A stretch of 63,356 bases of DNA, filler included, from Asterionella formosa (GCA_002256025.1; 17 parts of 17 records of this genome joined end to end with filler, not necessarily neighbours in it); one strand, 5' to 3'; positions 25,511 through 38,929 are shown, counted from the whole stretch's first letter. Notes: generated from the letters alone by a model not told the origin. Numbers and translations are program-made.

Positions 25511-25547
25511 ATACCTGGTACCTGGTACCTGGTACCTGATACCGGTA
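25511..25547. repeat. TA-core-TA array upstream of importin-4; a second array at 25785-25860
   Basis: TA-CCTGG-TA-CCTGG-TA-CCTGG-TA-CCTGA-TA-CCGG-TA. Confidence 0.85.
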
Positions 25548-26039
25548 AACGGTAGGTCCATCATATATTTTCATATCGTCTTCCTGAGCCAACAAATCAT
25601 GGCGTATAATCTTGTGGTGTAACAAAGAAAGATGAATGGTTATGAGGGGAGCAATGACGATGTCGCCGGGATCTTAAATCAATGGTTGGAGGGAGCTGGA
25701 GGGATGCACAGACATCAGGTTGAAGGATGGCTGATGGTGATCTAAGGTAAGGCGTTGGATATGGACAGACGGCATTTCCAATGCCGGTACCGGTATGATG
25801 TATGGGGTATGCACCAGGTGATACCAGGTACCTGGTACCTGGTACCTACCAGGCATGTACAGCCCTTGTCGACTTGACTACGGTACCAGGGTAGTCATAC
25901 ATTTCTGTGTACCAGGTACCGTTATGACACTGCAGTGTGTTGGTGGTTACGGCTGTTTACTTACGACCTGGAGAACCGTTGACCCTAAATTTGCAGAATT
26001 GCGAATTTCTGGTGGTTGAGTGAGAGAGTGATGAGGCCA

Positions 26040-27930
26040 GGAGGGTTTAGGGATGGTGTTATAAAAAGAGACAAGGTTTGCGCCAATGTGTCAAGGAGAG
26101 CACTGAGGATTGCCTGGAGCTATGCTGTACTCCTGGAGAGCTTGTGTGCCGTCTGGACCACAGTCTTGCCTATTTGGTTGAATGGCCAAGCGGCAATTCA
26201 AGCAAGCAACAATGGGATGATCCATTCAAGAACCAAGAACCAGCAGTGATTATTGATGGTGTTCTGATGAGTGTGTTTTTACTACTATGTGTCACAATTT
26301 GGTGTGCCCACATTATATTTGTCCATAATGGTCTTCTAGGGTAGTAGTAGTCACAGTCAACATCAACTCCGTGCACATGTTGGCCAAGGTGGAAGTAACA
26401 CATACAACCTGATCATAGCACAGATCAAGCTGTAGGTCTACACAATGATCACAGATGTAGGCATGCTGGGCTGGTTGGGTTCCTCTCAAATCTCTATGCA
26501 CCATGCAGCAGTGACAAAGGTAGTATGATGTGCTGTTAGCTAGTAGACAAGCCACCCAGACAAAAGGAGGATTTCCACTGACTTGACATATCTTGTGGAC
26601 TCATCATCTGAAAAGGGCGCAACGTAGTAGGTCCCAGCCCATTGCAGGTAAGTTTTCCTCATTTAGCTTCTTCATAAATATGAAGAAGTCTTTCATAGCT
26701 ACATGGTATGCCTGTTTACAATCTTGCGCAGAAAGAATCTACATGGGGAAACATAAATCCTTTTATTGTTATTTGTTTCAGAGAAAGAGAGATTTGTTGG
26801 TTTGCAGATCTCGTGCTTGTGCATCCACAAGCAAGTTTGACCCCTGCCAGTAGGTGGCTCAAATACTTTATCAATGCTGCACCATCTTATGTAAATGAAA
26901 CTAACACTTTTGCACTGTTATTTCCTTGCAGGCAATTTTCAATCGATCGATATTTTGCCATGAGGACACAGAAGAACACTTCAAAGGCGAATGGGTAAGT
27001 TGATCCATATCGTGTCATCTCGTTTGTCCATGGAATTATTGACATTGAATACTCTTCTGAATCTTTTGCCTTTTTTTGAGGCAGATCCAGAAATGCAGCA
27101 CCTCAGGTTCGGACGCTTCTCAATGAAGCGTAATTCGGCTATGACAGCAGTGTAGTTCAGTCCTCCAACTGTGGCATAGTCAATTGTTCTCTGCAACAGG
27201 TGAGTTTTGAAAATCTTTTGCCTGATCAACTTTCTGCTGCACTCTAACAGCTTTTCTTTGTACAGATTCATTGGATAAACTAGAGAGTCCATCAAAGCAA
27301 CAATCAACCAAAATTAGGTAAGCAAGATCCTGTATTAATTTATCATACAATCCCTATAAGTTGGTAATTGTTGTTGCTTTAGTAAATTCTTTTCCTCCCT
27401 TTCCTGCAATGATTCCTGTTGCTTGATTGCATAGTGTTTTCCTGTATACCTTCGGGAATCACAGTAGGTGGAGTACTCAACAATAAATCATTTCTCATCT
27501 TGGATTTCTCAAATGAAACCTGGGGAGTGAACTGGTGAAACTCGTTGTCTTCTTGTTTGTCGACTGTAGCGAATGGTCTTTGGTGCTTCTTAGGGATGCT
27601 GAGGAGAATGGGTGATGGCTGCGTGGTGATTATTAGTTCAGCTGTTGATTGGTTTGCTTGGTTTCTGGATTCAGGATTTGTTGGAGGATGAATATGTATT
27701 TTACTCAACAACAAACCAGGAGCAGAATGAGCAGTTGTTAGATTTTCGGATGAATAGGAAATGGAGATAGTGATAGGCCCTGTTGGATCCCCATCATCAG
27801 TATCCAAATTGGGTGCATGGCAAAAAAATCTCCTTCCACAGTCATCTTGGCTTTTTTATCTGGTTTAGAAGCTAAATTAAGTCTAAAATTATCACATTCA
27901 GCACAAGAGTAGATGCCATGGCGCTTCACA
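26040..27930 (-). pseudogene. Degraded coding-like region, possibly a non-LTR retrotransposon relic
   Basis: Broken minus-strand ORFs with Cys motifs (RHGIYSCAEC, CDHC); no decisive RT motif seen. Confidence 0.25.
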
Positions 27931-28810
27931 TAGTAGGCCTCTGCCTGCTAGTAGTTTATAGTAAAACAGTAGAATTTTCCCAATTTTTCTCTGCAATGGT
28001 CGCTGTTTGCATCTGCCATGGTGGATTGTTGTTGCTTCATTGTTCCGTCATGATGATGATAACAAATTTTCGTCATACCTATTTAAGATTGAAAAATTTT
28101 CATTACGGCTTGTCAATTTACATAGGATTTACTACTGCCTATTTATTCAATTGTGACGAATGCAATTCGATTGCTAAGAGCAGGCGAGTTACAAACTTCC
28201 TCAGGCAATCTAACGACTTGCTGGTACTAAGCATTTCCTGTGTGTGATTCTTGATATTGCATTAATGCACCCAGAAAGTGCTTACCAGCAAGTCATTGAT
28301 TTGAGCGAGATCTCAGGCCGCTACACCAAAAACGATACCCCTTGATTCTTGGAGCAGCCAAGTTGGGAGGAGAGATAGAGGATTAGTATACAAATTTTCA
28401 GTCCAGAGGTCAAAACATGTTATTTGTCGCGGCATCCGAATTCTATTTGTACATGTCAAGTGCTCCATGCGACTAAATTGGGCATGCCAAGAAAATGCGT
28501 CACTTAGAACTTTTGCCATATTTAGGCATCTGCGTCTGACTATTTATATTTATGTAAAAATAAGTCTACGTTGTACTTGAATCCCAAGCAACAACAGGTA
28601 ATGGATTAAAGGCATGCACTACTTTCGTCTAACGAAACCAACCGAAAACACAACTACTTTCATAAATTGCCAATCACATTTCAATTCGTCGTGCTGTTTT
28701 GCTTACAGGCACAGATCAATCGTTGTTGCTCCGTTATGACACATACAGTTTGATAGAAGCAACTATTGCAACAGGACTCCGCTTCTGGAGAATGAAACAT
28801 CATCGAAAAG

Positions 28811-29967
28811 TCATCTCATGGCCCAATGCCACATACAAATGAAAGTCCACATCATCCAACAATTTTGCGTTGTTATTGACTCTTTTGTACCCGAAGAAAA
28901 TGGGACAAGTCGTTCCGGTAATGGACCAAAGCATGTTGTGGACGGAAATAAATCACAAGTATAGGTAGACATATTAAGTGCTGCCTTGAGCGAATAATCT
29001 GAGAGAATCATGATACCTTCATTGCATACTGGACCAAATGCTACATTGGAAGCATAGTTTTGATTCGCCACAAACGAAGAAGACGGTGTTGTTGCCACAA
29101 TAATTCCCAGAGAATATGCATTGTCCACACTACATGTTTCATCGACACTCCATGATCCATCCATGAACCATAATAAACTCCCAGCTGTATTTTGAACCCA
29201 ATATGTTTGTGAGATGGAAACGTCAACGTTCGAACCAGAAGTGCCAACCATTGCAGATTGGACTGTATTATTGAAAAACATGCAATCTGTAAATGTTGCA
29301 GATAATTCGGTTGATTCCAGCTGACGTGTTGAGTACGAATTTCCCGTTAATGTCGATGTACCAGTATCGGAAATTTCAAAATAAGCAACAAAATTTCCAG
29401 AAAAAATGTTCTTTGTTTTGGACGAGTAGTAGCGTGTGTCAGGTTGAGTGCAGGGAAAGTTATGAGGGATAACCTTCGTTATGCTGTCATTGACACTCAC
29501 TGCAATTGGTAACAACTCACCTGGAAGATGCAATCCTGTATTAATAAGTCTTTCCCTGGTCGAAAGAAGCTCATGGTCAAAATGGATGCTCCTGTAAAGG
29601 TCAACCCTCGGATTGTGACATTAGTAGGATCTGGATTGGTCGTGGGCAGATCCAAAATAGACGGAGTCAAGAGTTGAAAATCTCCACCCTCCACAATGCA
29701 ATTATTGCTGGATGATCCATCCATTCCGCATTGTACTACTAAATTAGGATTCAATACCAAAAGAGGAAAGGAACCACGGTCATATTCTAATCCGGGTCCG
29801 ACTTGAAATCCAACATGGAAGGTAGTGTCGGGACAAAGGATGTAAATTCGTCCAGGTAATACCTCGTTGCTGCTATTAGTACTGCTAAACCTAGTTACAG
29901 CAATAGCCATTTCTTCATTGGTGATGAGAGATAAGGAGGAAAAGCAGCCTGTCATGGTGATGGTCAT
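28811..29967 (-). CDS. Diatom-type secreted/surface protein (pectin-lyase-like beta-helix candidate); exons 29521-29967 and 28811-29410
   Basis: YILCPDTTF, VQCGMDGSSSNNCIVEGG, VTIRGLTF, FTDCMFFNN motifs. GT-AG intron 29411-29520 joins the two ORFs in frame. Hydrophobic C-terminal tail; true start uncertain. Confidence 0.75.
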
Positions 29968-30544
29968 GACACGTTAACAATAATAGTTGAGCGATGATCG
30001 GTCAATCAAAACAGGAGAGGCATATGATACATATATATGTGTGGGAGTAAAGTGCCTGACAAAAAAAATGAAGTACCGGTACACAACTAACAATGGTATG
30101 ATCGACAATTCCTCTTGCAATCGATGAGGCGAGGCTGCAAGCAAAGTGCTATTGCTTACATTTTAATCCAAGAATATTCACGTAATGAGAAAGTTAATAT
30201 TCCCACAAAGCGTTGTATATCCGTTAGACAACGGTCAAACAGAATATCCGGGGGATACATTCTCGTAAAGCAAATCATAACGACGCACAAATCCTTGCTG
30301 CGCATATCATACATGTCACACTGCACAAATACCCCTGCACTATGATACCACAGTACTTAGCTATATTATTATTTAGCCTGCGTTCACGCTGATACTTATG
30401 ATGCTAAAATAAGTGCAGAAAAAAAGGACCTAAACTTATGTACATTGTCTCACAACTGCATGAAAAATCAAAGAATCCTCACCATTTTGGAAACAACAAT
30501 AACATAGTGCATATATCTAGACAATACAGAAAGAAATAATAAGA

Positions 30545-30763
30545 TCACCAACCAATGGTTTCTGTTTTCAAAATATCCAAAAACATCTCTCCGTAGGCAT
30601 CATACTCGACTCCCTGCGTCAACTCAAAGGGAGCTGTGGTCTTGTTCCCACCTGACGTTGGTTCAATTTGAGTATCTTCATGCCATTCATTAAACGAATT
30701 TACCATGACCAAGTAATTGGTCATGCTATCTGCTATCTCACGGGCTCCTTTCAGAGTGGCTCG
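30545..30763 (-). CDS. 3' end of a GH99-like glycoside hydrolase, truncated by the contig end and absent from the ORF track
   Basis: Translates as RATLKGAREIADSMTNYLVMVNSFNEWHEDTQIEPTSGGNKTTAPFELTQGVEYDAYGEMFLDILKTETIGW*. SFNEWHExTQIEP is the GH99 catalytic motif. Confidence 0.8.
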   Translation of the reverse strand, partial: RATLKGAREIADSMTNYLVMVNSFNEWHEDTQIEPTSGGNKTTAPFELTQGVEYDAYGEMFLDILKTETIGW

Positions 30764-30863
30764 NNNNNNNNNNNNNNNNNNNNNNNNNNNNNNNNNNNNN
30801 NNNNNNNTTAATTAATTAANNNNNNNNNNNNNNNNNNNNNNNNNNNNNNNNNNNNNNNNNNNN

Positions 30864-32570
30864 ATGATGAAAAACTTCTTACATTCAATGTTCGCCTACC
30901 TACAATCGAAGAAGCAAACTCCCACACAATTCATTGGTTGACACCACGAATTCCCAGCAACTCATCTGAGTTGTTGAAGCAGTCATCTAGAAGGGGACGC
31001 GGAAGCATTGTTAAAGAGGAGCCAACTCTATGGGAGAAACGTCTTGGAAATTCAACTGAGATTGTAACCAAGAAGACACTCGAAGCAACAACACAGCTCT
31101 GCACCCAGACAGTTGAAATGGAGAATAGAGAAGCACCCAGACAGCATCGAAAGAAGCGTCTAATTCCTCTTCATCCTAATCGACTTGATGGCAGGACAGA
31201 TTCGGATACGTTTTTCTCATCTATCAAGTCCATCCGGAACTACTCATGTGTGCAACTCTTCATTCATATTCCATCGCAATTTCTGTTTGCACGTTGTATG
31301 TTTAGAGAGGCACATTCACATGGAGCATACCAGGATTTTGTAAGTGAGGTTGGAGCTCCCAACATTTTGTTGACTGATAACTCTCAAACTCAGTCTGGCA
31401 CATTGTGGATCAAAACAAGCCAGGAAAACATCACAAAAGAAATCCATTCTGTCCCACACACAACCAAAACCAGAACCAGGCAGAGCTCAAGATCCGGGAC
31501 ATTATTCCTGAACCTCTAGATGAACCAGAGGATCACAATCTTATTCGTCTAGTTCATTTTGCTCCTACTCCTCAGATCATTGTTCATTTTGCTCCTACTC
31601 CTCAGATCATTGAAACATCAAAGGGTCTAGAGGAGCAGGGGGGGAAAGAGGAGCAATGCACTACAACAGAAGTATACAACAAGCAATGCACTACAACAGA
31701 AGTAGACAACAAGCAATGCACTACAACAGAAGTAGACAACAACAACATATCAAAAAATCCACCATCCAACACCGATGATGTTCAGTTCGACTTTGATCCA
31801 CTTGACGCAACACACGACATTGAAATGTGTGATGAGATCAATAATGAGCTAGCTGAAGAGCATACAGAGGCAACAAAGATGAATGGTTCCAGGGTAACTG
31901 ATATTCGAGCGCATTGCTGGAAGGCCGGGCAACTTGAGTTGGAGGTGCACTGGGATACTGAAAATGTCTCCTGGGAATCATTTCAGGACTTGAAGCTTGA
32001 ACATCCAAACATGACAGCACAATACATTGTAGACAATAATGTCAGTCGTTCCAAACGCCTGGATAGAGTCATGCAATGGGCAAAGAAAATAGTTCGAGAC
32101 ATCAAACGAGCTGTCCGAAGAATTGCAAGGTTATATGAGCTTCATTTTGATGGATGTGATCAGGTGTACACAGTGAGGCGTGCCGACATAAGAAAGAAGA
32201 AGCATCCTAAGATTAGGAAGCAAATTCTCAAGTATGGCGTTGAGGTCCCACGAAATGTCACCCATGCAATGGAATTGGACAAGCAAAGTGGAAACACATT
32301 CTGGCAAGAGGCAATCAAACATGAAATCTCCTCACTTGTCAAAATGGAATGTTTTGAAGTTAAGAAGCCAGATTTTAACCCTGGAGTCGGATATCAATGG
32401 ACAACACTGACAGTGATCTTTGACGTCAAACAAGATCTACGGCGCAGGGCAAGACTTGTGGCTGGCGGACATCTAGCTAGTTGACGCACTTGACAACAAT
32501 ATTTACTCTTCAACTGTGAAAGGCATAAGTGTTAGAATGCTACATGTGATTGCACACAAGCAGAACTTAG
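30864..32570 (+). mobile_element. CoDi-type Ty1/copia pol fragment (integrase, chromo-like domain, start of RT), frameshifted
   Basis: SDTFFS, LLTDN, HNQNQNQAE, LEVHW..VSWES, KYGVEVPRNV..A..LD..GNTFWQEAI, IFDVKQDLRRRARLVAGGH, YSSTVK. Internal 30-bp tandem duplications at about 31550-31740. Confidence 0.9.
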
Positions 32571-32905
32571 ATGGTACAACGTGGTTGTACCATCTATGTA
32601 GATACATACTACTAACCTAGTAAAAAGTACTGCTGGAACGGCCTCAAGTCACAACTTGTTGGACCTACCATTACAGCTGGGCACTAACAGGCCAATTCGT
32701 CTTTAGATAGCATCTTATCACTCTCGCCAGGCGACTGGTTCACAAAACGGTCTTGCGTCTGGTCAGCTCATTAATTTATTTACCAGCTTGGTCATTCGAC
32801 GAAGGNNNNNNNNNNNNNNNNNNNNNNNNNNNNNNNNNNNNNNNNNNNNTTAATTAATTAANNNNNNNNNNNNNNNNNNNNNNNNNNNNNNNNNNNNNNN
32901 NNNNN

Positions 32906-34847
32906 TCGTCGGGCCAGTGTGGCTGCATCCACAGTTGAGCGGCGATCTGTGCTGGAAGTGGCTCCAACACAGTGCACAATGTCGCCATGTGTGCTAAAAA
33001 ACTCCCCAGTTGTATCTCCACGAGCAACATTTTCATAAACCTTCTCGAGGTTGGCAAAGGACTGCGAATAAGGGTCCCATGCTTCGTCGGAAGTAAATGT
33101 GACGTGCCGACAGTTGACTAATTCATCATCGGTAGGGAAGCGAGTAGTGAGATAGCTGATGCATCCATGCATCTTGAATGGGAAGAAAAGGTCTTGTTCT
33201 GGAACGTAAATTCCGTGCAAAGACTTTCCTTGGGAATATTGCTTGGGGCAGGTGTCGACTACAATACCATATGCTCGACACTGATTAGGGTTGAGGAGTG
33301 AATCGTCTAAACGCTTGCCAAAGTAAAGGCCTTCGTTCCAGACACCAATGATGGTTTCCTGTACCCCTGTTAGGTCAATTGGAACATCTGAAAAAGATCC
33401 GAGCTCCCCAGAGAAGCCCTGAACATCTGCCACTCGATCGCTTTGCTCTAGTAGGCGGAATGTTTTCCCAAAACAACATGTGTCGGCTCTGGAATCCACT
33501 TCCAGACGAGCTGTGACCTTAAAGTCATTAGGATGCTGTATGACTAGTGCCTTTCCAACCTTGTAGCCCACTTTACAGTGAGTCACCACACCAGCGAGCT
33601 CCCTACGGGTGCTGCTTGTTGAGCTGACCTTTTGTTTTTTGGTTGGGTTCTCAGAATGCCTATTCCGAGAGTCGCGGCCGAATGATGCGGAAGCAGCGTC
33701 ACTTGGCATGTGGCTGGGACCTTCAGTCGCATCATCTTCAGAATCGGCTCGCTCATTGTCATGTCCTTCACTCGATACCGATTTAACAACACGGCCTTCC
33801 TCTTTATTTCGACCCCTAAGCAGATAGCTCACATATTTGCTCCCAAGTTTCCCTCCAGCTTTCTTCACTGCTTCAATTTCATTGTCTGGAATATAATTGT
33901 TCTCGCTCTGTTGCTTCTTATCGCCTATCCCTTTTCCTTTCTCGGAATCCTTTCTTTTCAATGCTTTGATTTTTTGACTTTAGTTTCTTGATTTGCCGAT
34001 TTGGAGTGCTATTTTGACCATCATCGCCCATCTGAGTTAATGTGCCAAGTAGCGCCATGCGTTCTCCAATTTTGGCCAAGGCATGACGAAGACTTTTCTT
34101 CGCCTTTTTGTCAGTAGCAACAATCTCAGCTGCTATGCCCTTGGTCTTTTCATGGAAAATCATGCTGACAACATCACGAACTTGGGTATGCTTGTCCACT
34201 CCAGCCTTCATGCTTTCAAGTTCTTGGTGATAACTCAACAAGGTGTTGCTGAACTTATCCCAGGGGAAGTTTTTCGTTGCCCTATACTGTAACGTTTTGA
34301 GTTTGTTCCTCACTTCTTGAACCCTGGTTTCATTTTTGGAAGTACTCTGATATTGAGAATGCATGCTCAAATATGCAGACCGCCCATCCCCGGGGAACTT
34401 CCTTGAGTGTACTGAGGCGCCGCCATCAGCAAGGGCCATTTCTAACATCTGACTGACCTTGAAGTTATCGCGGTCAAATCTTTTGCCCGAGAGTGTGGTA
34501 CCCTTGATCTGGCGTCTAATAGACGACTCTTCTTTCCTTGCTCTAACAATAACATAGAGTAGGGGACATCCTTCTTCATTTCTAGAGTTAGAGAGATAAG
34601 CTCTCCACTTTATATTGAAGGTCTTATAAGAAATCTGATTGCCATTAAAAGTAGGCAGGGTTAGCCCATCCTTGGCACCCCCCACAGATCTCCCTTTAGT
34701 TGTGCCCTCTCTTTCCTCCTGATCGAGTAAAGATGCAAGAGCGTCATCATCAAACTTGGTGAGATTCACGAGGCCAAGGTTTCTACCTGCCTCTTGTTGC
34801 TGTCGAAGCCATCGATGCAAAACCCTAATGAGTTGAATAACCAGGAC
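32906..34847 (-). mobile_element. CoDi-type Ty1/copia gag-protease fragment
   Basis: Gag (PLLYVI, FDRDNFKV, DGRSAY), protease LEVDSRADTCCFG, SLLNPNQCRAYG, PTDDEL..C..TSDEAWDP, VDAATLARR; one frameshift near 33970. Confidence 0.9.
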
Positions 34848-36988
34848 NNNNNNNNNNNNNNNNNNNNNNNNNNNNNNNNNNNNNNNNNNNNTTAATTAAT
34901 TAANNNNNNNNNNNNNNNNNNNNNNNNNNNNNNNNNNNNNNNNNNNNTCACATGCAGCCTATTGTGCTTGAAACTTTCATTGATAAAATGGTCAATTGAG
35001 TCATTGTAAAAGGAATCCTAATCAGTCTTCTTTTTTTCTTAGCTAAATTAATATTGAAATACCGATTGACCGCAGCGAAATGAGGGATTGATCGCTGTCC
35101 TTTCGATTTTCAACTTCTTCACCTCTCAGCGAATCTTGGCAGCATTCCAGTCGAAAGCTGAAGTCTGGAATGCTAAGAGATGAAGAAGTCGAAAATATCA
35201 ATTTGTGGCGATTTGATAATTTCGGAAATTCATCACTCATATGTCTGTTTGTAGAAACCTTTGTAGGCTTTGTTCTCCCTGCAATCACAACATGGTAAAG
35301 CCAGTAGCACAGTGAACAATACAACTTCACCATAAATATTACATCATCACACACCTCCAGAATCTTGATCCTTGCCCTCCTTTTATCTGGCATGAGGAGT
35401 GCTTCGTTTTTTGTCGTGCAGAGTGCACATCACAGGTTGATTTTTAGGCAGCAGTCGCTTGGAGCTGAGGGAATTGTGCACAGTGTCCCTGATGTGACAA
35501 TAAAACAGAGTAACTTTACAACAGCAAGTGATGAGCAACAGACCGGATTTTGTCACACAACTTTGTCCACCAGCATCTCACTCAGTCATCCATTTTCATT
35601 CCTCTTCTTTCTTGTGGAAGCAGTGATAACGATGGAATGGGAATTGGGTTGATTTGCATGAAAAAGTTGCACAATGGAAATCGTAATATTCCTCAAGTCA
35701 GACATTGGTAACACACAAGGAACTGATTGGCAAAGGTTTCAAGCAACACAATAATTAGTAGATCAGCAGGGACAAGGGAAGCAACAAAGATGTTATTCTA
35801 TCTTACAGCTAGCTACTAGTATAGCAATGGAGGAGTGGTGGCAAATGCGATTCTCAGATGGATTGTTTGGCAATATACTTTCTATTCATCAATTTCATGC
35901 AAATTATCTAGCCAACAGCCTACTGATGCATCAGATCGTCAAAGTGCCCCAAAACATATAATACTAGCTTATCATTATTTCCTATAGTTTGCTATCATCA
36001 ATACCCTGTTGATAAGGTCACCAACACTACCAAAAGCGCCATCATTGTCAATCAATTGATTGATTTAGCATTGCTTGTGGTTTTGTTGAGGTTGATTGTG
36101 CTCAACAGGTATGTCAATGGCCGATTTTTCCAAAATAAGAAAGGAGTAACATAAAGTACTATAGGAATTTGTTGAGAGACTCAACTTAAATTTTGGACAA
36201 ACTCGAAAAAGAAGTTTTACATTTAGGAGAACAAACCGACTAGAACAACTCGGAAAATACAAATGTTTGACTATGGCGAAGGTTGCATGTGTTTTATCTA
36301 ATATCACATATACATATATAGTACTATGAAGATGAGGGAATGGCTTATTGGTTAAGCACGTTGCCTTTGATCTGAGGTTGTGAGGTTTGATTCCCGCAAT
36401 TTTTTTGAGAAGCAATTGTTGGGTTCGACTCCCACACTCCTTACCATCCTACACGGTCTTGCCTGGTGTGCAAGAAATAGTGGGTTGCAACCCCCCTACA
36501 GGGAAGGCGGTCGGAGTTTCCCCTAACGCTGCGGCTAAGATGATCACCTTTCGTGTAAGATGTTTGGGGACTCATCTACGCTAACAAAACTAGGGAAGCA
36601 CAGGTCTTGTTGGCAGGTAGCACAATAAATATTTGCCTTGAAAGAGGGGAGTACGAATGGACTGTAAAACATACTAACTTTATACTATGAAGATGATTTA
36701 CCAAAGTGCAGTCAGCTTCAAACAGTTTCAAAATGGACCCAAAACTCCTTCTACAATCACACACATGAATCATCAGGAAAGGGTCAAAGTTGAAAAGAAG
36801 GTGCACAAAAAATGTGGGTTGCTGGACCTCTGGGGGACGAATTGTTCACATCAAGGAGGATTGAGCACATGCATCCTTTTGTGCTTCANNNNNNNNNNNN
36901 NNNNNNNNNNNNNNNNNNNNNNNNNNNNNNNNTTAATTAATTAANNNNNNNNNNNNNNNNNNNNNNNNNNNNNNNNNNNNNNNNNNNN

Positions 36989-38929
36989 TTGAAATCTAAC
37001 TCGAAAGTTGTTGACGACGCTCGGAAGAAGGAAATAGTAGAGGAAACAAACGATGAGACGCCTTCCATACCAATCCTGTCTCCACTCGCCGGTGGCGAAG
37101 TCGCTGCAGCAGCAGCGCAAGCAGCTGCTTTGAAATCCAACACGAAAGGTGTTGACGAGGATCGGAAGGAGGAAAAAGTAGAGGAAGCAAGTGATAAGAC
37201 TCCTTCCATACCAACCCTATCTCCATTCGCCGACGACGGAATAGCAATAGCCGCAGCCAGAGTGCAAGCAAACGCCTTCAGATCGAACACGAAGGTTGTT
37301 CACAAGGATCGGAAGGAGGAAATAGTAGATGAAACGAATGATGACACACCTTCAATATCTATTCTGTCTTCATTCCCCGATGGCGATATCGATGCAGCCT
37401 CCTTCCAAGCAGCTGCCTTGACATCGAGGACGAAGGTTATTGAGGAAGCCCGGAAGGAGGAAAAAGTAGTGGAAACTAATGAGGAAGGAGCTGCTTTGAG
37501 ATCGGACACGAAGGTTGCTGACGTCGATCGGAAGGAGGAAAAAGTAGAGGAAACAAACGATGAGACGCCTTCAATACCAATCCTGTCTCCACTCGCCGGT
37601 GGCGAAATCGCAGCAGCAGCAGCGCAAGCAGCTGCTTTGAAATCCAACACGAAAGGTGTTGACTGGGATCGGAAAGAGGAAAAAGTAGAGGTAGCAGATG
37701 ATGAGTCGCCTTCCATACCAATCCTGTCTCCATTCGCCGATGGCGAAATCGCTGTAGCCTCATCCCAAGTAGCTGCTTTGAGATCAAAGTCGAATGTTGT
37801 TGACGTGGATCGGAAGGAGGAAATTGTAGAGGAAACAAATGATGAGACGGCTTCAATACCAATCCTGTCTCCATTCCCCGATGGCGATATCGCTGCAGCC
37901 TCAGCACAAGCAGCTGCATTGAGATCGAAGACGAAAGTTGTTGAGGAAGATCGGAAGGAGGAAAAATTAGAGGAAGCAAATGATGAGACGCCGTCAATAC
38001 CAATCCTCTCTCCATTTGCCGATGGCGATATCGCTCTAGCCGTAGCCCAAGCAGCTGCTTTGAAGTCTAACACGAATGTTATTGACGATGATCGGGAGAA
38101 GGAAAAATTAGAGAAAACAAACGATAAGACGCTTTCCATACCAATCCTGTCTCCATTCGTCGGTGGCGGAATCGCGGCAGCAGCATCTCAAGCAACTGCT
38201 TTGAGATCGGAACCGATGGTTGTTGACGAGGATCGGAAGGAGAAAAAAGTTGATGAAGAAAATGATGAGTCGGTTTCAATACCAATCCTGTCTTCATACC
38301 CCGATGGCGAAATCGCTGCCGCCGCAGCGCAAGCAGCTGCTTTGAAATACTACACGAAGGTTGTTGACGAGGATTGGAAGGAAGAAAAACTTGAGGAAAT
38401 AATTGATGAGACGCCTTCAATACCAATTCTTTCTACATTCGCCGATGGCGAATCCGCTGCAGCCGCAGCGCAAGCAGCTGCTTTGAGATCGAAGACGAAT
38501 GTTGTTGACGAGGAACAGGAAGAGAAGGACAGTGATGAAACGCCAGCGAGACCAACATTTTCACCTTTTGCATGTGATGGGATCGCCTCCGCTGCTGCTC
38601 AGCCAGCAGCAATGCGATTGAACAAGATATCTAGGGAGGAAAAAGTAGGAGAAACAAGTGCTAGGATGCCTTCAATGCCAATCCTGTCTCCATTCGCCGG
38701 TGGCGGAATCGCTGCAGCCGCAGCCCGAGCAGCTGCTTTGAGATCGAAGATGAAGGTTGTTGACGAGTTGCGGCGGGAGGAAAAATTGGAGGAAGAAAAT
38801 GGTGAGACTTGTTCAACACCAATCCTGTCTTCATTCGCCGGTGGCGGAATCGCTGCAGCGGCAGCCCAAGCAGCTGCTTTGAGATCGAACACAAAGGTTT
38901 TTGAAGAGGAACAGAAGGACGAGGACATT
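36989..38929 (+). CDS. Internal fragment of a protein built of 47-aa (141-bp) tandem repeats
   Basis: Open across the whole contig. 13 near-full units and 1 truncated unit; consensus LRSxTKVVDEDRKEEKVEETNDETPSIPILSPFADGEIAAAAAQAAA; indels preserve frame. Confidence 0.8.

Noticed and set aside
33918..33980. Programmed -1 frameshift at A AAA AAT in gag
   Set aside because: The shift needed is +1; an extra A in a homopolymer is the simpler explanation.
30864..34847. Adjacent gag and pol contigs as one copia element
   Set aside because: They are separated by a linker, on opposite strands, and their overlapping pre-integrase regions differ.
34948..36888. Possible helicase relic
   Set aside because: No convincing Walker or DExx motifs; too degraded to call.
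36996..38928. Minus-strand ORFs over the repeat protein
   Set aside because: They are interrupted antisense shadows; only the + frame spans the contig.
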